A DNA stretch of 64,000 nt, from NCBI GenBank assembly GCA_002429485.1, contig DIZX01000015.1, positions 86,044 through 150,043 of the forward strand, given 5' to 3'. The notes beneath the pieces are model-generated. The model did not search any database. It worked only from the letters and a program-made list of their open reading frames with translations, and was not told the DNA's origin. Origin of the DNA: Patescibacteria group bacterium UBA6017 (GTDB lineage Bacteria; Patescibacteriota; Saccharimonadia; UBA4664). The position numbers were made by a program, and so were the translations under genes. Each line of letters begins with the position of its first letter. Position 1 is the first letter of the stretch. Shown here piece after piece: positions 59,312-64,000 of this stretch.

Positions 59312-59345
59312 AACTACCTTCAATATATCACGCGCGCAGCTCACT

Positions 59346-60032
59346 CTAGTTCAACCTCCGTGCCAGACCGCTGGCATCGACACGGATATCGGCGGTATGG
59401 CCATCAAGATCCTTCAGGGTCAGGTTAAGTGTCCCGTTGACGCACGTGGCATTCTCGAATGATTGTCGCGCAGTATTTTGAAACGCATTTGCCGATGACT
59501 TTATGGCTGCCGGGCATACGTCCAACAATCCCGAGCTCGTCCTCACAAACAGCATCCCACTGACCTGACCCACACTTGCGGCCGGAGCGCTTACCTGGAC
59601 CCCCGCAGGCAATCCTATCGCTTGGCTGGTAAAGACGCATGCGGCCGGCGGCGGTGATCCCGGCAGCCCCGGAATCGCCTTATAGGAATCAATCGTGAAT
59701 ACGACGCTGGCTCCGGTACTGTCGACCGTCCATGATGTCCCCGCAAACACGACCGGATTCGCAACCGATGGCCCCGGTCCTCCCGCGCATTTATCTACTC
59801 CAGTCCCGATCGTACCGAGGTTAGTCGAGTTCACCCCTGCCACCGCCTGCGTTTGGGCGCTCGAAACGCTCGACACCAGCTTCTCGATGTTCGAGTCGAA
59901 CTGCGCCCGACTCCGCAAAGCTCGCTGCCCAATAAACGCTATCGACGCCAGAGACGCGCTGATCGCCATCACCAAAATGATCTCTACCAGGGTAAATCCC
60001 GACTCACTCTTAAACGTGTGTATTCTAGCCAT
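59346..60032 (-). CDS. type IV minor pilin (FimT/GspH-like)
   Basis: G|FTLVEII motif. Confidence 0.85.
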   Translation of the reverse strand: MARIHTFKSESGFTLVEIILVMAISASLASIAFIGQRALRSRAQFDSNIEKLVSSVSSAQTQAVAGVNSTNLGTIGTGVDKCAGGPGPSVANPVVFAGTSWTVDSTGASVVFTIDSYKAIPGLPGSPPPAACVFTSQAIGLPAGVQVSAPAASVGQVSGMLFVRTSSGLLDVCPAAIKSSANAFQNTARQSFENATCVNGTLNLTLKDLDGHTADIRVDASGLARRLN

Positions 60033-60077
60033 AAGTACTTTCAATATAGCACAGTCGCAGTCAATGGGGCTCGCCCG

Positions 60078-60890
60078 CTACAGGCCGTTTAGCCCCAAAT
60101 ACCACGCCACAATAGGCCTGGCAAACAAGAACGCCACCACCGTTCCGCCCACCAAATACGGCCCAAAGGGAATCAAATCCTTGCGACTCTTCAGTTTCGA
60201 CACCAGCAACACCACCCCAATCAGGGCTGCCGCATTAAACGCCACCAACAATCCCACGGCCGTTCCCTGTGCGCCCAGTATCAGACCCATCGCAAACGCC
60301 AGTTTCACGTCTCCCATGCCCATCGCTTTGCCCTTCGTCACAACCACAAGCAGCCCGAATGCCCCGCCGGCAAAGACCGCGGCCATCAGCGCTCCCAGCA
60401 ACACCTGGGGTGAGTGAGTCAGCCACGCCGTCACCGCCGAGTATATCAGTGCCACCGCCACTAGCGGCACGATGATCCTGTCCGGCAGGATCATCCAGCG
60501 AGCATCATATACCGCTAGCACCAACAGCAGCACGAGCAGCACGAGCCAAAAGCCCAGCTTCACGAAACCCAAGGAGCTTATTGGCAATATTACCGCCACC
60601 GACACCGCAAATGCGCCGGCTGTCACCAGCTCAGCCACCGGTGTGTCCTTAATCGCCGCCCGGCAGTATCGGCACTTGCCGCGTAGCACCATCCACGACA
60701 ATACCGGCACCAGATCGATTGCTGCCAGAGTATGCCCGCAATCAGAGCATACGCTCCGTCCCTTCGCCCAGCTTCGTTTCACTTTGAGCCGCCAGACTAT
60801 GGCATTGATCGCCGATCCGAACATCAGGCCGAATAATCCCCCGATCACCCCGTACGAAACCACCATCACCATTTGTGCATCATTAAACAT
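60078..60890 (-). CDS. pilD: prepilin peptidase
   Basis: RS.C..C..L...DLVP.LSW..LRGKCRYC, GMGDVKL, IPFGPYL. Confidence 0.93.
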   Translation of the reverse strand: MFNDAQMVMVVSYGVIGGLFGLMFGSAINAIVWRLKVKRSWAKGRSVCSDCGHTLAAIDLVPVLSWMVLRGKCRYCRAAIKDTPVAELVTAGAFAVSVAVILPISSLGFVKLGFWLVLLVLLLVLAVYDARWMILPDRIIVPLVAVALIYSAVTAWLTHSPQVLLGALMAAVFAGGAFGLLVVVTKGKAMGMGDVKLAFAMGLILGAQGTAVGLLVAFNAAALIGVVLLVSKLKSRKDLIPFGPYLVGGTVVAFLFARPIVAWYLGLNGL

Positions 60891-60906
60891 AACCAGATTA
60901 TACACA

Positions 60907-60933
60907 AAAAAAGAGGCCCGAAGGCCTCTTTTT
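60907..60933 (-). terminator. intrinsic terminator after major pilin
   Basis: A-run-gaggcc-cgaa-ggcctc-T-run. Confidence 0.85.
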
Positions 60934-60950
60934 TAAAGGTCGAACAAGTA

Positions 60951-61421
60951 TTACTTGTTGTCGCGGCAGATTACGCCCTGCTCAAGACCCATGTTCACAC
61001 TGTAACCGCGGCCGGCTGTGCCGTCGCAGAAGAGACCGTTGCGGTAACTGACCACACCGGTACCAGGTGTAGCAGTGTAGGCTACATAGCCGTAAGCGGC
61101 ACCCGTTGTCGGATCATTGAAGTTACCACCCGTAATGAAGGTGCTCCCCACGAATGCCGGCGTGGCACCGAGGAATGCCGGGGTTGCGGCGCAACCAGCC
61201 AAAGCGCCTGACCCTGGGTAGCAACCGTTGTAGTTACCGGCGAAGCTTTCGATCTGAGCAGCAATACGGCTCAGGTCGTTCTTGCGCTGAGTGTCACGAC
61301 GGCTCTTCTGGGCGCCCGAGACTGCCAGGAACACAATTACGAGCAGCAGGCCCGCGATGGCCAAGACGAGAACTATTTCTATAAGGGTAAAACCCTTCTC
61401 TTTCTTGAGTAGATTACTCAC
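60951..61421 (-). CDS. type IV major pilin candidate
   Basis: KG|FTLIEIV, RD.QRK.D; own RBS and terminator. Confidence 0.88.
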   Translation of the reverse strand: MSNLLKKEKGFTLIEIVLVLAIAGLLLVIVFLAVSGAQKSRRDTQRKNDLSRIAAQIESFAGNYNGCYPGSGALAGCAATPAFLGATPAFVGSTFITGGNFNDPTTGAAYGYVAYTATPGTGVVSYRNGLFCDGTAGRGYSVNMGLEQGVICRDNK

Positions 61422-61511
61422 TATGTACTCACCTTTCGATTATTTTACGTTGAATTATTACAACTTGGATCTAGTATCCCGCTTATGCTATGGCGGTGTC
61501 AAATGATTTTC

Positions 61512-62738
61512 CTATTTCAGATTATCAATCCCGCCGCTGCCGACCAACGAATACACCGGCATCAATATTGCCGCAATCACACCGCCGACCGTCACGCCCA
61601 ACACCACCATCATAATCGGCTCGATTGTGGTTGAGATATTCTTCACTTCTTCATCAACTTCATTCTCGTAATAAGTCGCCACACGGTCCAGCATCGAGTC
61701 GATCGCGCCCGATTGCTCACCAATCCTGATCATCTGTGGCACCAGCGTCGTAAACGTCACTTCACCCTCCAGAGTACTCGACAGCGCTTTTCCGCCCCTC
61801 ACTCCCTCCATGGATTTTTCAAGAACCTTCTCCACGTGTACGTTATCGATGGCATTCTTCACGATCCTAAGAGCCTCCAGCATCGGAATACCGCTCTGGA
61901 GCATCGTGCCGAGGGTCCGCGAGAACCGCGCCATGTATACCTTGCGGTAAATCTTACCGAATATCGGCACATTCAACTTGAGATGGTCAGCCGCCGCCCG
62001 GCCATTTTCAGTCTTCACGTAATTTTTCACCGAATACCCGAGCCCACCCGCACCAAGGATGCACAGGTACCAATAATTGACGATAAAATTCGATATTGAC
62101 ATCAGAATCTGGGTCAGGAATGGCAGCGGCTTATGAAGGTCCTTGTACAATCCCCCCACTTGCGGCAGAACCGTTGTAAGCATAAATACCAGAACCAGCA
62201 TGATTACACCCAAGACGATCACCGGGTAAATTAGTGCGCTCCGGATCTTACCCACAATTGCCGCGTCTTTTTCTTGCTGGTCGGCAATCCGCTCGAGCGA
62301 CTTATCCAGCGATCCGGACGTCTCACCGGCAGCCACCAAACTTACGTAGATATCACTGAATACTTCGGGGTGCTTAGAGAATGACTGACTCAGGCTCGTC
62401 CCGGATTCCACGCTAGTCACTACTTCGGCCACAATACCGTTGAGAGTCTTATTAGTAATCTGGTCCGACACCGTATGGAGCGATTGTGTGAGCGGCAAAC
62501 CGGCGTTAATCAACGTCGACAGCTGGCGGGTAAAGATTACCCGATCTTTCGACCCCACCCTGTTGCCGATGCCGTTTTTGGCTAGAAACCCGACGGCGGC
62601 TTTCGACTTGATATCGATCGGAAACAAGCCCTGCGCCATGAGCAATTTTGCGGCTGCGCTTTCGTTTTCGGCCTGCACCTCAGCCTTGATGAGCTCGCCA
62701 CTCTCGGTTTTATGAGCAGTATAGTTAAAAGTTTGCAT
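61512..62738 (-). CDS. pilC: type IV pilus platform protein PilC (GspF family)
   Basis: FTRQLSTLINAGLPL, GE.SG.L, ALIYP, IEP. Confidence 0.95.
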   Translation of the reverse strand: MQTFNYTAHKTESGELIKAEVQAENESAAAKLLMAQGLFPIDIKSKAAVGFLAKNGIGNRVGSKDRVIFTRQLSTLINAGLPLTQSLHTVSDQITNKTLNGIVAEVVTSVESGTSLSQSFSKHPEVFSDIYVSLVAAGETSGSLDKSLERIADQQEKDAAIVGKIRSALIYPVIVLGVIMLVLVFMLTTVLPQVGGLYKDLHKPLPFLTQILMSISNFIVNYWYLCILGAGGLGYSVKNYVKTENGRAAADHLKLNVPIFGKIYRKVYMARFSRTLGTMLQSGIPMLEALRIVKNAIDNVHVEKVLEKSMEGVRGGKALSSTLEGEVTFTTLVPQMIRIGEQSGAIDSMLDRVATYYENEVDEEVKNISTTIEPIMMVVLGVTVGGVIAAILMPVYSLVGSGGIDNLK

Positions 62739-62741
62739 ATT

Positions 62742-63815
62742 TTACCCGCGCATCAACCTTTCCATCTCGTCCAGATCGACGGCGAAGTTCTTGGCTTCAT
62801 CGTAGGTAATCTTGCCTTCTTGTACGAGCTGGATCAGCTGACGGTCCATGCTCTGCATCCCGTACTCTGCCCCGGTCTGGATGACCGCATCCAATTGATG
62901 CGTCTTGCCTTCGCGAATAATATTGCGAACAGCGCCGGTAGCCACCAGAATCTCTGCTGCCACCACGCGGCCGCCACCGATACCCGGTACCAAACGCTGG
63001 CTCACAATGCCTTGGAGCATACCCGCCAACTGCACCCGAATCTGCTGCTGTTGATGCGGCGGAAATACGTCGACCATCCGGTCGATCGATTGCGCGGCGC
63101 TATTGGTGTGGAGTGTCGCCAGCACCAGGTGTCCGGTTTCTGCAATCGTCACAGCCGCTGCAATCGTCTCCAGGTCTCGCATCTCACCGATCAGCACCAC
63201 GTCGGGATCTTGACGCAGGCTCGAACGCAGGGCCGCGGCGAAGGAGTAGGTATCATAATGAATTTCGCGCTGCACCACGATCGATTTTTTCGAACTGTGC
63301 GCGTACTCGATCGGATCTTCAATTGTGAGGATGTGCTTGCTTTGCTCGGTGTTTATCTTGTCTACCATAGCCGCCAGGGTAGTACTTTTGCCGGAACCCG
63401 TAGGACCGGTCACCAGCACCAACCCGCGTGGGAACTTGGTAAATTCCAGCAATACCTTGGGCATTACCAGATCCTCGAGAGTTCGGATTTTCGACGGAAT
63501 CAACCGCAGTGCCGCCGCCAAGTTGCCGCGCTCATGAAAAGCATTTACCCGGAAGCGCCCATAATTTCCAAAAGCAAACGAAAAGTCCACTTCCTTGTCT
63601 TTAAGGAGGATCTCTTTCTGGTCGTCATCCAAAATCGAAAATACTAACTTTTCGACATCAGCCGGCTCCAATTTTGGCGCCTCGTCGATAGCCTTTAAAC
63701 TACCGTCGACCCGCAGCATTGGCGGCAACCCGACCTGCAAGTGTAAGTCTGAAGCTTCAAACTTAATAACCTGCTCCAGCATTGTTTCGATTTTGAGCGC
63801 ACTTCTATCCAACAT
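62742..63815 (-). CDS. pilT: type IV pilus retraction ATPase
   Basis: ASDLHL, GPTGSGKSTT, EDPIE, LRQDPDVVLIGEMRD, AETGHLV..TLHT, NIIRE. Confidence 0.96.
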   Translation of the reverse strand: MLDRSALKIETMLEQVIKFEASDLHLQVGLPPMLRVDGSLKAIDEAPKLEPADVEKLVFSILDDDQKEILLKDKEVDFSFAFGNYGRFRVNAFHERGNLAAALRLIPSKIRTLEDLVMPKVLLEFTKFPRGLVLVTGPTGSGKSTTLAAMVDKINTEQSKHILTIEDPIEYAHSSKKSIVVQREIHYDTYSFAAALRSSLRQDPDVVLIGEMRDLETIAAAVTIAETGHLVLATLHTNSAAQSIDRMVDVFPPHQQQQIRVQLAGMLQGIVSQRLVPGIGGGRVVAAEILVATGAVRNIIREGKTHQLDAVIQTGAEYGMQSMDRQLIQLVQEGKITYDEAKNFAVDLDEMERLMRG

Positions 63816-63877
63816 TCACCTCTACTGATATCACCATTAAAGCACAAGAAGGATGAGAATGCACACCGCAGACCATT

Positions 63878-64000
63878 CTAAAAATCAGCAGCGACTCGGG
63901 CAACTTCTTCCAGTGTCGTCAGCGCATTTAGGACCTTGAAGTAACCGTCCTGTTTCATTGTCAGCATGCCGTCTTTGGCTGCTTGAGTTTGAATATCGGT
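63878..64000 (-). CDS. pilB: type IV pilus assembly ATPase PilB/GspE, C-terminal fragment cut by window edge
   Basis: minus strand reads TDIQTQAAKDGMLTMKQDGYFKVLNALTTLEEVARVAADF*. Confidence 0.85.
   Translation of the reverse strand, partial: TDIQTQAAKDGMLTMKQDGYFKVLNALTTLEEVARVAADF

Overview
A 64-kb chromosomal window of a small-genome Patescibacteria/CPR bacterium, most likely Candidatus Saccharibacteria (TM7). This is inferred from the gene repertoire: rpmI-rplT, rpmB, rplY, thrS, miaA, murT-gatD, nrdR, gmk, nadD, ndk, uppP, a CPR-type wHTH-nucleotidyltransferase, dispersed single tRNAs and a type IV pilus operon. Non-coding RNAs readable from the sequence are RNase P RNA, a 6S-like RNA, a T-box leader before thrS and seven tRNAs. 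No CRISPR array, transposase, prophage or reverse transcriptase was found. Main signals: (1) Several actinobacterial-type genes are scattered near tRNAs. These include an orphan proteasome ATPase ARC/Mpa that keeps its GQYL tail but has an apparent in-frame deletion, a possible SsgA-like protein, an actinomycete-like flavodoxin and an ABC-F; a Mu Gam-like gene sits in the same neighbourhood. This suggests host-derived or host-directed functions. (2) A convergent module (four-helix-bundle gene, structured intergenic sequence, DinB plus small partner) has the same GTTCGG-N5-GTTCGG direct repeat abutting the -10 box of both promoters. (3) A secreted cutinase is followed by three small paralogous membrane proteins, a toxin-immunity-like layout. 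(4) Leaderless gene architecture is common. Family assignments come from motif recognition by eye; no database searches were run.
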